Source: Diplonema japonicum (Eukaryota > Protista > Euglenozoa: Diplonemea). From it: 64,000 bases of DNA. Below, piece after piece: positions 23,228-36,051 of the stretch (the first letter of the stretch is position 1; each line of letters opens with the position of its first letter). Both the position numbers and the translations under genes were made by a program. The notes below the pieces were generated by a model, which saw only the letters and a list, made by a program, of their open reading frames with translations, was not told the origin of the DNA and made no database searches. The stretch covers positions 526,176-590,175 of the forward strand of contig OZ025682.1 of the NCBI GenBank assembly GCA_964019335.1, given 5' to 3'.

Positions 23228-23553
23228 AAGGATTAAGCAATCCATAGTCCTGAGGTCTTAGCACCACAGTACTCCAATGAGTCGAGCGGTGAAACTAAGC
23301 TTCCAGACATTTATTCTGGTTTCTCCTTTATCTTTTTTTTTTTTCTGCTCTTAATTGTTAACCTTTTATTTTCCCTCTCTTTTGGCCCTCTCGTTTTGAT
23401 TATCCCCCCCCTTTTTTTTCTTGCAGCTTGTTGGGCTCGCTCAGGTTTTTATAAAAATTTTGGGTAAAGAAGGTATCGACACCTTCTTTAGCAGTTTGCC
23501 ACTTTTTTCTTATTTGCTTGTGTACACAACGGCAAGCACAACAGTGGGGTACA

Positions 23554-24861
23554 ATGATGGAAAGCCAGTCGCCTGAGAGGGAGAATAAAAAACAGGAGGA
23601 GGTTGCCGAAGAGGAGAGGTATTGTTCAAGAAATCTGACTAAGCGTAACACGCCACAGAGCGAGTAAGGAAGAGGCAGTGCCACAGCAGCAACAACAGCA
23701 ACAGTTGCAAAAGGAACCGAAGGTAGCTAAAGATGTGTTCACAGTGCGCGACCCCACTGTGGTGCAGGGGGGCCTTCTCGAAAGCAGCTATTTGAAGTAC
23801 TACATCGACACGCTGGATACAGAAAGATGGGAGGGCAGGAAGTACGAAATAACCAGAAGGTACTCCGACTTCCTCACGCTCCGCAACATGCTGACAACGT
23901 CCTTCCCCGGTGTCATCGTGCCGCCCCTACCGGAGAAGGAGAGCCTTCAGCACGGTGCGGTGGTGGGTGTGATTTCACAGGTACAACGGTATCTAGATGC
24001 CTGCTCGAGGAAGGATACGCTGATGAACTCCAGCGTCATGAAGGCGTTCGCAACGTTGCACGAGAAGCAGTGGGAGAAACATATTAAAGATCAGAAGTGG
24101 AAGCTCCCTATTTTTGGGATTAAAGACACATGGTCTAAGGGTGTGTCCATGGCAGGGGTAAAAGATATTCTGCATCTGGTACCGGAGAGGTATCTGCACC
24201 TGCACACATACTTGCTGCACATGGAGGAGGGACTGAACAAGGTAAAGGAGGTGCTGGAGCAGCAGATGCTGATGAGGGCAGGGACTTCTGCTTCGCTGGA
24301 CGAGATCGGTCAGGCACTCAACGCCCTCGCTGATGTTGAGACAGAGGACCCTGTGCTGCAAGCTGACCTGCGCAACACATCGGCTCACTCGATAAAGCTC
24401 AGCTCGGCAGCCACAGAAGCGGACACGAAGGGGACAGTGTCGGTCCTGAATGTGGTGCTGTACTATATTAACATGATGCACGCATTGAGGCACAACCTGT
24501 TTGCGCAGAAGAGCCAAGAGACGAACATCGTGAAGCAGCAGAAAGAGGTGCAAGAGCTGTTGAAGAAGCGTGACCAAGCAGACCTCAAAGGTGACGAGAC
24601 AAAAAAAAGAAAGCTGTGCGAGCAGCTGGAGAAGCTCTCTATTGAAGTCTCGGATAACGTGACAAAATCAACACAAGCAAGCGAAGAGTTCAGCAAACAG
24701 TTGGCGGAGTTCAAGAAGGAGATGACTCATGTATGCCTTGTTACACTATTTAACTTTGACAGGAATGGACTGGGCTCCTTAAGCGTCTGGCGGAGCTGAG
24801 GATACAAACCTTGCTGACTGAGATGACAATAGAATACCAGCCGATATTGATCGATGCATAA
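23554..24861 (+). CDS. Sorting nexin (PX + BAR); introns 23619-23658, 24731-24762
   Basis: PX motif RRYSDFLTLRNMLTTSFPGVIVPPLPEK followed by a long helical BAR-like region. Confidence 0.85.
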
Positions 24862-25492
24862 ATCTGCTCACCCTGCATTCGTAATTCTTAACTAAAAATA
24901 GTACCGTGAGCAGCGCACCTCGTTCAACGTTTGCTTCTCTCATGCTAAGCACCTTAAGCTCCCTCTTTGTCCTCAATAAGTAGGCAGGTTGTACAATACC
25001 CGTGTGCTGCGAATTTATTCGTTTTTGCCATATACTTAATGCATCACAGTTGACATGACTGTACCCCTTAAATGACCAACGTGAATGCGTCTGCAGTACA
25101 GAGCCTAGCTACGTGCTTTGGTGTCGCGAAGCTGCGCGAATTTGTATCATAACAACAACGATGGCTCACAGATAGCACAGACTGTTTTTTACCATCTCGA
25201 CAACAAAGAGGACTAGAAGAAAGGACTGCGTGGTGTGGTGCGCGCAATGCGACAGGAAGGTTGGTAACTAGCAGCTTTGGTTCGCAGGGATGCTCGGGTC
25301 GGTAACACGTTTCAAAGCAGCTTGCAACTTCCTCAGCCACTTCAACGCATCCCGTGTACGTGTACATGCACCCTTAGATGCTGTGCTCCCACAGAATGCG
25401 ACATGTGATAGAGGGTTAGACTCGCGCCTTTCCAGGCATGATACTGCAATCAGTGATAGTTGTTATTGCGTGCATCCAACTAAACATGAAGC

Positions 25493-26245
25493 ATGGAATG
25501 GGGCTCAGACGATGGGACGGTCGGCGAGTGGGTGCCCTGCACCGACATCGATGATGCAGTGAAGGGCGTGAGGCAGATGAACTCTCATGACTGTGGGCTG
25601 GCTTGTTGTGCAGCTGTGATTGGGCATATAAAGGAAGATGATGATCAGGATGCTCTGATGGACGCTGTGACAGGTTGCTTCAACGAGATCAACCGGGAAC
25701 TGATGACGGAACAAGGAGCGTGGACCATTGAGCTTTACGTGGTGCTGCAGAGGTTGTTGCCTGGAGGTGTTGAACCATTCATGTCCACTTTACAAATGGA
25801 AGTAGACAGTCAGTACGAAGGTAGCCAGTTCTACGGCCCCTCCTTCAGCAAGGACGAGGAACGCATCAACATGCTGTTCAAGCGGCATGCCGATGATCCC
25901 AACGTGATGGAGGCAGCCATCAGCACGCACTTCATAGCAGAGCGGTTGCAGAAGGGTGACCTCTTTATCGTCCTGGTGGACAGCAACAAGCTAAACTGCC
26001 ACTGCCTCGCACACTCTACGCTGTGCTACTGCGATGATACAGGCCCGCCACAGCCAGATAGGGCATATTCCGGTCACTACATTGTGCTGAAGGGCGTTGA
26101 CCTCGGCAAGCGTGTGCTGCACTATTTCAACCCAGCTAGCATATGCTGCACTTGCACAACAAGCTTTAAGAACTTTAATGAATCACGTAAGACTTTCGGC
26201 ACCGACCAGGACATTATTCGCGTTAGTCAGATACTAAGTAACTAA
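25493..26245 (+). CDS. GUCD1: GUCD1-like (peptidase C39-like fold) protein
   Basis: VRQMNSHDCGLAC, WTIELY, YSGHYIVL and SRKTFGTDQDII match the GUCD1 family pattern. Confidence 0.75.
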   Translation: MEWGSDDGTVGEWVPCTDIDDAVKGVRQMNSHDCGLACCAAVIGHIKEDDDQDALMDAVTGCFNEINRELMTEQGAWTIELYVVLQRLLPGGVEPFMSTLQMEVDSQYEGSQFYGPSFSKDEERINMLFKRHADDPNVMEAAISTHFIAERLQKGDLFIVLVDSNKLNCHCLAHSTLCYCDDTGPPQPDRAYSGHYIVLKGVDLGKRVLHYFNPASICCTCTTSFKNFNESRKTFGTDQDIIRVSQILSN

Positions 26246-26298
26246 AATTATTCTATTGTTTTGTCTCTTTTTCTTGCTTTCCAACACTCCACAGCGTC

Positions 26299-28900
26299 AT
26301 GGAGGTGGAGAACCGACGGGATGTAGTTGCCACCGTGAAGCACCTTCAGGAGAGTTTGTGCGGGGAGTGCGAAGTGGAGATAGCAGTGGTTGACTGCGAG
26401 GATTGCCATGAGAGCTACTGCAAGATGTGCTGCGAATATGTCCACAAGAAAGGGAGACGGAAACAGCACACGAATTTTACGAAGATTCAAATATGCGGGC
26501 AGTGTGAAGTGGTGGCTGCAACAAAGGAGTGTCTCGACTGTCAGGAGTACTATTGTGAACCGTGCTGTGGTGACGTGCATAGCAGGGGACAGCGTGTAAA
26601 ACACAAGCACATCAGGAAAATCGACACCTCGCAATTCCGGGCTGTGAATTATGACCAAAGTAACGCCTTTGGACTTATCACGAAACAGTTGGTGTTTAGC
26701 AGGTTCGCTTCGTGTGATGCTGAGTACAATGAACACCTCGAGAAGGTCCACGCGCTCTGTACGTCTGTCACGCAGGAATGCCGAAAAGAAGAAAAGCCGT
26801 ACGTCGACACAGAACCCGCCACACTGGAGGTCCCCAAGCTGGCACGTCCGCAGCAGATCTCAATGCAGATACAAACAGACGCTGTCATGGAGCAACTCGA
26901 GGAAGAACTGGAGCGGTCGGAAGAGGCACGGGAAAAGAAGCAAATAGCCATCAAAGAAATACTAAGTAACGTGTACTCCTGGAGACGGCCCCGACAATTC
27001 ACGGAGTTTCCTTCCTTGTTCTCAGCAGGCAACACGTTGCTTGCGTCGAGACCCGCAGGTAGTCCTGTGCCGCACGGGTTCATTAGCTATTTGCCCTTCT
27101 TCAAGAAGGGAATCTTGGATGATCATTACTTCCTCTTGGCACGTATGTTAACAGGACAATTTTAGTCACACAGTGAGCGCCGTCGCAACGAGACAGCAGT
27201 TGGTGGCAAACCTGTTTGTGTCGTGCGAGAACGCGGATGTGGGGATGTACACATTTCAGTTCTACCGCGACAGCGAAATGGGCACACCTGGGTGGCACCC
27301 TATCACGATCGATCACCTCACACCTTGTGGAAAGAATGTGTGTTACATTTTTAAGTACATTGTACTACAAACCATTCACAGAGAGAGCCCGTGTTCGGTG
27401 CAACAGACGACCCAAACGAGCTGTGGGCTATCTTATTGGAAAAGGCATATGCCAAGTTCCTTGGGGCGTATACCCACCTGCATTATGGCGACTCTGCAAG
27501 AACTCTCATGCACCTCACGGGTGGTGTTCCCGAGGTGGAGGCGTGGAACAGCAAGACCCTCAGCGACGACACAAAACGGAAATTGTGGTGGAAGATATCG
27601 CAGGCATACGAGCAAGGCATGTTGGTTCTGTGCATGAAGAGGGGTAGCAAGGATCTGCTGCACGACGTGTTCACGAGTGAGAGCAGCAGGTTGGAAGTGC
27701 CTGACGACGATATCATCTTTGTATCGGAAGACAACCAGCTGAATTGGGACAACGGGGACGTTGTGCAGCTTACATGCGACATTGTGGTAGGGCAGCGAGA
27801 AAGGAAGAGAAACAAGTTGCTCAAGCTACGGAATGTGTTCGGAGAGACCACCTGGACCGGTGCGTGGAGCGACGCTAGCACCTTATGGACAAAAGAGATG
27901 CGCGACCTCACATCACACAAACAGGTGGACGACCACATCACGTGGATGGACTTGGATGACTTTAGTGAACAGTACGACACTGTTTGCATCCTTACAACGC
28001 ACAGAATTGTGCCCGACCCCACACACCTGTCAGAAGACCCACCGCAAGCTTTTATGAAATGCATACCTTCGGAGGAAGGCTACGGCATGTTGCCATGTTA
28101 TGCCCACCAATATTGCATCACCGCGGCAGACCCCAAGACCAATCACAAAGCACTCGAGGGCGATTTCCTCATTGAAGGTGCTGACATGAAAGATAAGATG
28201 GTATGCAACAGTGCAGTGCACAGCAGAACACAGGGTGAGCTTTACGTAGCGCCTGATTGGAAAGATAATGAGGACGTGGGGAACGACGAGATTGTAAACG
28301 TCGCGAAGGAATCTCTTGCAGAAAGGGGTGCCTACACACTGCACATCACAGTATCCCAGCCAGAGCTGGGACAAGGCTACACGGGGACTGGGGATCCCGA
28401 TCCCGTGGAGTTTGATGTGCTGATATTTAGATCACAAGAGAAAGGGCTGCAGAAGTATGGTTGAAACAACATATAAAAAACGCTACAGGCCTGCCGTCCC
28501 CGAGTCTGCTGAAGGTGAGGAAGACGATGACATGAACGATTACAAGGCAGGGAAGTATTGCCCGTCAAGAACGTGGACTTTCCCCACTCATAACCAGCTG
28601 CAGCTCCAGGAGCACACAGCAGGAAAGCAGGGGAAACAATTCACACACACGTTCAGCATTGTCCTCATCCCCGGCACCTATGCTGTGGCCATCACCAAGA
28701 AGCATCCCAACGACGTATTTCACTACCGTGTTGCCTTCCAAGGGAAAGACGACGCTGCGCAGCCCACTGGATTCACAATGGTAGCGGAGCACTTGGGCAC
28801 TCTGATGCTGCCTTTGGAAGATGCTTGTGCTTCTAAGGAGGCCGCAGTCATCTCGCCACGACTCATGATTCAGGCGGCCAAGCAGCAGACACTCTCGTAG
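26299..28900 (+). CDS. Tandem B-box zinc fingers + calpain-like (CysPc) domain, probably non-catalytic; introns 27143-27173, 27338-27381, 28201-28233, 28455-28488
   Basis: Two CxxC..CxxC..YCxxC..VH..G.R..H B-boxes. Calpain motifs ELWAILLEKAYAKFLGAY, LTGG, LLKLRNVFG, WTGAWSD. His occupies the catalytic Cys position (GILDDHYFLLALSAVA). Confidence 0.8.
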
Positions 28901-28987
28901 ATACAGTCTTAACTCTTCCGAGTTATCTAGTTCGATGTGATTTTGTGAGCGCCTATTATCCGACCTTATTCATCGCAGGACCCCTAG

Positions 28988-29669
28988 ATGATGCATGCGG
29001 TGAGACGGGGCGCTAGGTGGTGCAGCACCACGTTTAAGGAATTTGAATGGACAAAGGATATGGAAGCAGACTGGATGGAACGGCATGGGATGCTAAAGTG
29101 CAAGGTAGAGAGGATAAACAAGCAGCAGGTGCTTGATGTGTTTGAGAACAGGACGATGGCTGATAAGCTGCTGGAAAAAATGGTGATGATTGATGTACGG
29201 GGGCGTCAGGAAGTGACGGCGACGACTAGGCTGGACGTGGACGTTGATCAGGTGTGCTACTCATCCATATCATACCATCTTGCAGGTGTACGTTGTGCCT
29301 TACGACGAGATTGCCGATGCTATGGACAACTTGGACAAGACAAAGTGGTACCAGAAGTACATATTCCCAAAGCCCCGTAAAGACGACAGAATAATACTCT
29401 ACGGTGCCGACAAGGACGACATCCGCCCTTACTTGGCAGCTGCTCTGCTGATACAGAAGTACAACCACGTTAATGTGAGTGTATATGCTGGTGGGGTGGT
29501 TGACTTCAGGGGGATGAGTTACGCAGAATGGATAGCCGTCCAGAGCAAGAAGATTGTGGAAATGAAAAACGATGCCAAGATGGAGCGGTCACGGCTGGAG
29601 ACTAGAAGGAAAGAGGAACTGGAGCGGTACAGGAGAGAGAGGGCAAGGAAAACCAACAGAGCTCAGTGA
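28988..29669 (+). CDS. Rhodanese-like domain protein with probable mitochondrial presequence; intron 29252-29285
   Basis: MMHAVRRGARWCS presequence; VMIDVRGRQEV, KPRKDDRIILY, VSVYAGGV. No catalytic Cys at the expected position. Confidence 0.7.
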
Positions 29670-29745
29670 ACACAGGTGTTTATTGTATCTTTAGTTATAA
29701 AACACGTGTATTTAAGAAAGTTAAGCTTTACAACAGTATTAATGA

Positions 29746-32700
29746 ATGGCTCCCAAACGGTCAGAGAGCTCCCAGAGCGGGAAGATGAAGGAGCCGCTGA
29801 TGAAGCTGTCGGAGAAGTTCCCCGATGTATCGACGAAGGAGCTAACGAAGGTTCTTGCAGATGCTAAGAACGACATTGCCAGTGCAGAAGAGGAGTTAAA
29901 GAAGGCTGGTCACAAAGCAAGTGCTTCGCAGAAAAGCAAGCGAGCTTCGTCGCCAGCAGGGTCCAAGAGCGCCACGCCCGTATCAAAGAAAAGCAATAGC
30001 CCTTCGCCCTCAAAAAGCTCCAAGAAGAGCTCGCCTCCCACTGCTAAGAATAGCAAGGTAAGCAGTTCAGCTGCCAGTAAGACCAACGCACCAGCAGCTC
30101 CTAAGAGTACTGTGTCAAACGCGTCCCAGCCACCTCCACCGGCACCCGAACCCACGCCTCCCGAGGAAACTGAAGAAGAAAAAGAACAAAAGTCCACCAT
30201 TAAAAAATTGGTTCTGGAAACAAACAAACCTGTCGAGGCCTGCGGCGACGCCTTGAGGCTTGCTGGATGGGACTTGAAAAAGGCACAGGCGATTCTGGAA
30301 ATGGGCGATAAAATGGACAAGGACACAGATATTCTTAAGTTACGAAGGTACTTTGCAAAGCACAAACCATCGGCCGCAAGCCAAGAAGAGACAGAAAAGT
30401 TCCGCAAGTATGCAACAGCAAAAATAACGTAATATCCGCAGGCGTTGGGAGGGAGCGGAGGATCAGATGTGGAAGATTTTGATAGAGACGTATGGTGAAC
30501 CGCCTAACGACACGGAGGCTGACACTCTGTTGGCGAACCTAAATTCTGCTCCAAGCCAGCTGTCGGCCTTCCCTGAAGGAGTCGCCCCATCCAGGCATGG
30601 AAGCGTGGACCCATCGAGACATGGGAGCCTTCCAGGGCTGTCAACAGGCCTTCCGCCACCCCCTGTGCACCAGAGTACTGGGCCTGTACCTGCATCAATT
30701 CCGTCGCAAGCCCAGTACCAGCACTACGACTCTCCGCAGCAATCCCCAAGCACGCACTTGCATACCTCGGGGTACGGACAAGGATACCAAGGGGTCAGCA
30801 TGCCGTCAGCTTCACCTGTTAATGAGTCCGTCCCTGGTGTTCAGTTTAGTGCATCACCGACGATGGACTCAACCTTGCAGCCGCCTCAGTACGCGCAGAA
30901 TACAGCCTTTGCACCGCAAGGAGCACAGGGATTCCAGAACATGACAGGTGGTGGCATTCCTGGTGTGATGCCTCAAGCCATACCCGGGATGCCACCAGGG
31001 ATGCCAGGTTTTCTACCCCCTGGTGACCCCCAATGGATGTTGCAAGCCCCATGGCTGCTGCCGGGGCTGATGCAGCCTCTGGGCAAGTCGCGTACGTCAG
31101 TCACTGACTCTGAGACAACTGAGTACGAGGAAGAAGAAGTCCCAAAAAACACTATACAGCTCCGCAGGAACAGTCAAAGTCCCCCGAAAAGAACTCTCTC
31201 AGCTTTTTCGAAGCCTATCCCCGAGAGGTCTGGGGAGACGGAGCAGATCATCCTTGACAAGATAAAAGATATTGAGGAGGCACTGTTGGCTGTCGCTCCC
31301 GCAAAGGAGGTAAAAACAGAGGTCTCGCAGTTATCTGTTCCTGCGTCTGTAGCAGATCTGCCGCCACCTCCGCCCCCACCACCACCTTTGCCTGAAACAC
31401 CGGTGCTTTCATCGCTACCGAACCCCACTCAACAGATCTTTCACGAGACACAGGCGATACAAGCTAGGACAAAAGCAACAGCGGACCTTACAAGAAGGCT
31501 TAAGAAAGATAATGCCTCGAAGGAAACAGTTACAGTGGGTCCCCCTACAGGACACAGAACAGAACCTGGTGGGCCGCTCTTATATGGATTGCCTGGGGAC
31601 GAAGCTTCTGTGCGGGACACGGAAGGGCCCAAGGAATTTCTGCCGATGAGTGCCTTGGGGGGGGCTCTGTCCACCTTTGCTGGTGTGAACGTCGGGACGG
31701 ATATGACAGAGAACTACAAACTCCTGCTGAATAAGCAACAGGATCTTTTAAGTAGGACGCAAGATCAGGGGGACAAGGCAAAGATCAGAGCTCTAGAAAA
31801 AGAGTTGGTCCAGATGCAGCAGCGGTTTGTGGAGGCGCAGAGACATCAGGCAGAGCAGCTGGAGGTGATCGGGTCCATTCAGCAGCAAATCGAGGTCGAC
31901 AGCAGGCTGACAAAGGGCTCCATTAACCACCTTGAGGGCCTCACAACCGGGGTCCAAGAGTGGGCAACGAAGGTGTACGAACAGCAGCAGGACTACCTAG
32001 ATACTAAAACAATGCAACTCAAGCGCGAAGCTGTTGAACATCAGGAGAGCATGGCGCAACTTGCGAACATGCACAAACCTGCCGATATTGCTGTACTAGC
32101 AAGGAAACAGCAGGAGATACTTGAGAAGACAAAGTACCTCGCCAAACAACGGGCTCAGCTCTTGCAGGACCCGCTGAGGCAGGCTGACATGCTGAGTGAA
32201 GCGTCTGATATCGAAAGTTCCTTGAAGCAGTCTCATGCACGACAGAGGCAGTACGAGAGCACCCTACTGAACCTTACGAGCATGATGGCGTCAGGAATGG
32301 AGTCCATGAATGCTTCAATACGAAGGGAACCTTCGCCGCCACCGCCTCCGCCGTCAGGACCGCCGCCACCACCACCACCACCACAGTACCAAGAGCCTAT
32401 CAGCTATCCACAGGTACAGCAACATATCCCTGTTCAACCACTGCCGGTTAACACACAACCACCACCCTCTGCGCAACCAGCTTTTCTCCCAGTTCACGCT
32501 CTGCCTGAACAGCCAGCTCCTCCTCCTCCTCCTCCACCACCACCTCTTGCGCAGCCTGTACACGTGTATCAGGCACCAGCACCTCAATACCCGGTTTACG
32601 AAAGCTCACCCCCCTCTGAGAGCGCTCAGGAGGCTGTCATTGGTGAAATAGGGACGCTGAAGGAAGTTCTGAAGCTCCTTGTGAAACATCAGGTCGAACA

Positions 32701-33558
32701 ATCAGCCCAGCAAGAAGATTTAATTAAGCAGCAAGGTTTGATGTTAGAGAAGCATGAGTTAAATGAGCTGAATGACGCTAGGAGACACACGGCGTTGCTT
32801 GAGGGTGCCGCTCAGAATGCTGCGATGCAGAGCAGTGCGGTGGCGCAACGGTCGTCGTCGCGTCCTGTGACTCCTAGTCAGAAAACACGGAGCAAGGGTA
32901 GGCACGCGAGGCCTGATTCGCCGAAGCCCTCGCCGCGGAGGAGGTCGTTGAGCAAGTCGTCACCTAGCAGGCGGTTGGCCGAGGACGCGCTCAACATGAC
33001 CGCACCGAAGTCACCGAGAAGTGCAAACATCCAGCAGTCGTTGTATAGTATTTCAGAAGCAGTACAGCAGCTCAAGACAGGCGCGTACAGGAACAGCAGC
33101 GTCACACCATCGGCCCTGGCCACACCGGCGCCAACCGTGACAACTGTCCCCACAGCAACACCCATCTCTGTTGTGAAAGTACAAATAAAGCAGGATCACC
33201 GGCCACTGCCACCCCCTGAGAACCCACACAGAGCTGTCCTTGTCAAGTTCTATGAAAGGCACGACCCTGTTAAACTAAAGGATGTCGACACTATCCTTGA
33301 GCGCTTTTCGGGGCACGACAACACGTTGTTCCACAGCCTCGCAAAGAAGTACAACATAAAGTGCAGCCCATACAGGGACCAGCTCATCTCATTCTACTCG
33401 AAGTACAACCCCGCCAAGTTGTGTGAAGTAGATATCATCTTGCACTTAGCAGAAGGGAGAGAAGAAAAGCTCTTAAGGTGTGAAGGAATCTACGAAGAAG
33501 AATAAACAACCCTCAACACAGAAGCCTAGAAGCCAAATACATCAGAGGGGAGATGTAG
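29746..33558 (+). CDS. Pro-rich coiled-coil protein with CUE/UBA-like N-terminal domains and repeated FY..H.P.K...VD.IL...Y.G.E helical motifs; introns 30408-30441, 33478-33521
   Basis: CUE-like LSEKFPDVSTKELTKVLADAKNDI and UBA-like EACGDALRLAGWDLKKAQAIL. Poly-Pro tracts and two C-terminal repeat units. Splicing joins ORFs 29746 and 30467. Confidence 0.7.
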
Positions 33559-33642
33559 TTATGTATTGTTGTATTAAATATAGAGGCAGTTGCTATGTAT
33601 ATTTATCACTAAAGTACAGACATCATATCAAAGCAGGTTTCT

Positions 33643-36003
33643 ATGCTAGCAGAGAATCTGTTGTCTCTCAAACGTGGTCTTTTGAGCAATGTGACGGTGC
33701 TGCTGCAACATATTCAGAAGGCGAGCCGTGAAAAGTTAAAGCTTAATATGGAGACCTTTTGGATGGTGGAGGTATGGACGGACCTGATCAACTCGTTGAT
33801 GGCAAAGGAGGGTCGTGCGTCGTACTTGAAGCTGATCAAGAAGTTCGGTGTGGTAAAGGACATCGATGGATCTGACGCATTGGCTGTGAAAGAGGTTCTC
33901 AGTACCGTGCTGAGCCCACCCATCGACTCCCTAAGGCAAGGCCTAGAGGATCTTATCGACGACAATGTGGCCGTCATCATGAAGGACCTTGCGAACGACA
34001 CCGGAACAAGCTTAGGCATCCTCATCAACAACTTCTCTCAGGTAGTAGTCGACATGACGCAGGCAGACTTCGTCGAGAAGAAAAAGGGTCTCCAAGAGGA
34101 GCATAACATTCGTCTGGACCAAGCACGCGCCCAGCAGAGGGCAGCTGAGCAGCGAATACGTAACCTCGTTCAAACAAGCACCATTGCCACTCCTGAGCAG
34201 TGTTCTATTGAATCCTTGTCACTTCCGATCGGCATCACTGCAGCAACGCTACGCGATAAGGGCTATGCCAACAAAATAGCACAGCTGAACGCTAAGATTC
34301 GTGACCTTGTGTCTCAGAATGAAGAGCTTGTAAAGCAAATTGATGGCCTCGGGGTGAAGCTCATCGAACAGGAGAGGCTGTCCACACAAGCAATCAGCCA
34401 AATGAAGAAGAATCATGAAGAGGAGTCTGTCGTGCTGCAAGCGAGCTACACTTCGAAGTACATGGCATTGCGGAAGGAGTTTGACGAGATCCTTTACAAG
34501 CTGAGAGTGACGACGACAAAGAAAGAGCAAACTGAAGACGTGGCTCATCACTTGGATGTGTTGTGTGAAAAGTTGAACCTCGAGGTGAATTGGTTATTGA
34601 AGATTGTGAGACGTGCAGGCATAGCGCAGAAGAAGGTGGAAATACTGGAGTCAGAAATACAGAACAGGCATTTTACAGGAGCTTGCACAAGACAGTTGGC
34701 AGTGTCTGGTGGTTGGAAGGAGGGCGAGGCCCCTGATACGAGCCAACCGATACTGCAGAGAGGGGCGACAAACTCAGTACGTTCAGCACCTGCAAATGTG
34801 CAGCCTTACCCTGTGTTGGTGGAGCAGATAGAGGTGCTGCGGCAGGGCCTTGTCAACGAGGATCTGCACGACAAGATCGACGAACTGACAAAGCTGAACG
34901 ACGAGAAAGACAAGGTTGTCAGCAACCTCACAGCAACGCTCAAGAGACGCGATCACGACAACTCTGTCTATTTACGAGAGCTGCATAACAAGTATTCCAA
35001 ACAAATGGCCGAGGCCACCTCTAGGACATTTGAGCTTCAAAAGAAGTTCTTCGTTGAAAGCAACAAGATTGCGTCAAACAGGCAGCTAAAGTTCTCAACA
35101 CACGCATTAGACCAGATTGCCAAGAAGATGTCACGGACGCAGCAAAACCTGAACGACGCGAAGCTAGAGATTTGGAAGCAGAAGAAAACGATCTGTGAAT
35201 TGGAGTCGAAGCTGGCAGCTACAACAAAACATAGAGACGCACTTGAGAGAAAGCTGCACGGTACGACTAGCGATGTGGTTGAGGTGTCGGAACTGGGGAG
35301 CGAGTGTAACACCCTGCATGGGGCGGAACAAGGCAAAGATATCGAAGATAATACCAGCCAGGATGGGTCTGCAGACGAGGATAGTGTGACGATTGACACA
35401 CCTGACTTGATGTTTCCTGCTGAAGGGTCAGAAGAGAGCTATGTGTTGTACGAGGCAGGGGGGAAAACAGTCACGTGTGACAGAAAGGATCTTCTCACCC
35501 CAGAGCCAAGCAGGCACACGAACTCCCCAGCTCCGCCTATGGCGTTGTCAGAGATAGACTACCAGCTGTGGCTCGAAGCAGACAAGGAAGTACAAACTAT
35601 CGCCAAGCAGCAATTGCAGGCAGCGCAAAGCTCTCAGCGGACAGCCACTCCAACGAACTGCCGGTCACCGATTTTTCTGCATGTAAAATCGAAACAAAAA
35701 GAGCACAGGACACCTGCCTTTACAGAAAGGATCCTGCGAACTCATGTGGATTACAGGAAAACACCTGTGACAACCCCAACTATGAGGCAGACACCCACGC
35801 CACCGCCTGTACCAGTTCCCAAACCTCCACCAAAGAAGGTAACAGTGAGGCTGCCATTAGACTTAAAGAATGACAAGGCAAAAGGAAGTATGGGAACATG
35901 GCAGGCAGCACTGCAGACTATCTTGATGGATGTGAGGGTAATGAGTAATGGCAACAGACAAAAGCGGTGGCAGGGTTCCAGTCAAATTGGTACAAATAAG
36001 TGA
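33643..36003 (+). CDS. Hypothetical coiled-coil protein (start may be ATG 33748)
   Basis: 786-codon ORF rich in heptad-like E/K/L/Q segments; no recognisable domain. Confidence 0.65.
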   Translation: MLAENLLSLKRGLLSNVTVLLQHIQKASREKLKLNMETFWMVEVWTDLINSLMAKEGRASYLKLIKKFGVVKDIDGSDALAVKEVLSTVLSPPIDSLRQGLEDLIDDNVAVIMKDLANDTGTSLGILINNFSQVVVDMTQADFVEKKKGLQEEHNIRLDQARAQQRAAEQRIRNLVQTSTIATPEQCSIESLSLPIGITAATLRDKGYANKIAQLNAKIRDLVSQNEELVKQIDGLGVKLIEQERLSTQAISQMKKNHEEESVVLQASYTSKYMALRKEFDEILYKLRVTTTKKEQTEDVAHHLDVLCEKLNLEVNWLLKIVRRAGIAQKKVEILESEIQNRHFTGACTRQLAVSGGWKEGEAPDTSQPILQRGATNSVRSAPANVQPYPVLVEQIEVLRQGLVNEDLHDKIDELTKLNDEKDKVVSNLTATLKRRDHDNSVYLRELHNKYSKQMAEATSRTFELQKKFFVESNKIASNRQLKFSTHALDQIAKKMSRTQQNLNDAKLEIWKQKKTICELESKLAATTKHRDALERKLHGTTSDVVEVSELGSECNTLHGAEQGKDIEDNTSQDGSADEDSVTIDTPDLMFPAEGSEESYVLYEAGGKTVTCDRKDLLTPEPSRHTNSPAPPMALSEIDYQLWLEADKEVQTIAKQQLQAAQSSQRTATPTNCRSPIFLHVKSKQKEHRTPAFTERILRTHVDYRKTPVTTPTMRQTPTPPPVPVPKPPPKKVTVRLPLDLKNDKAKGSMGTWQAALQTILMDVRVMSNGNRQKRWQGSSQIGTNK

Positions 36004-36051
36004 CGTATTTTCTTAATCTGGTTTAAATTTCATATGATCTTTACAGACACC

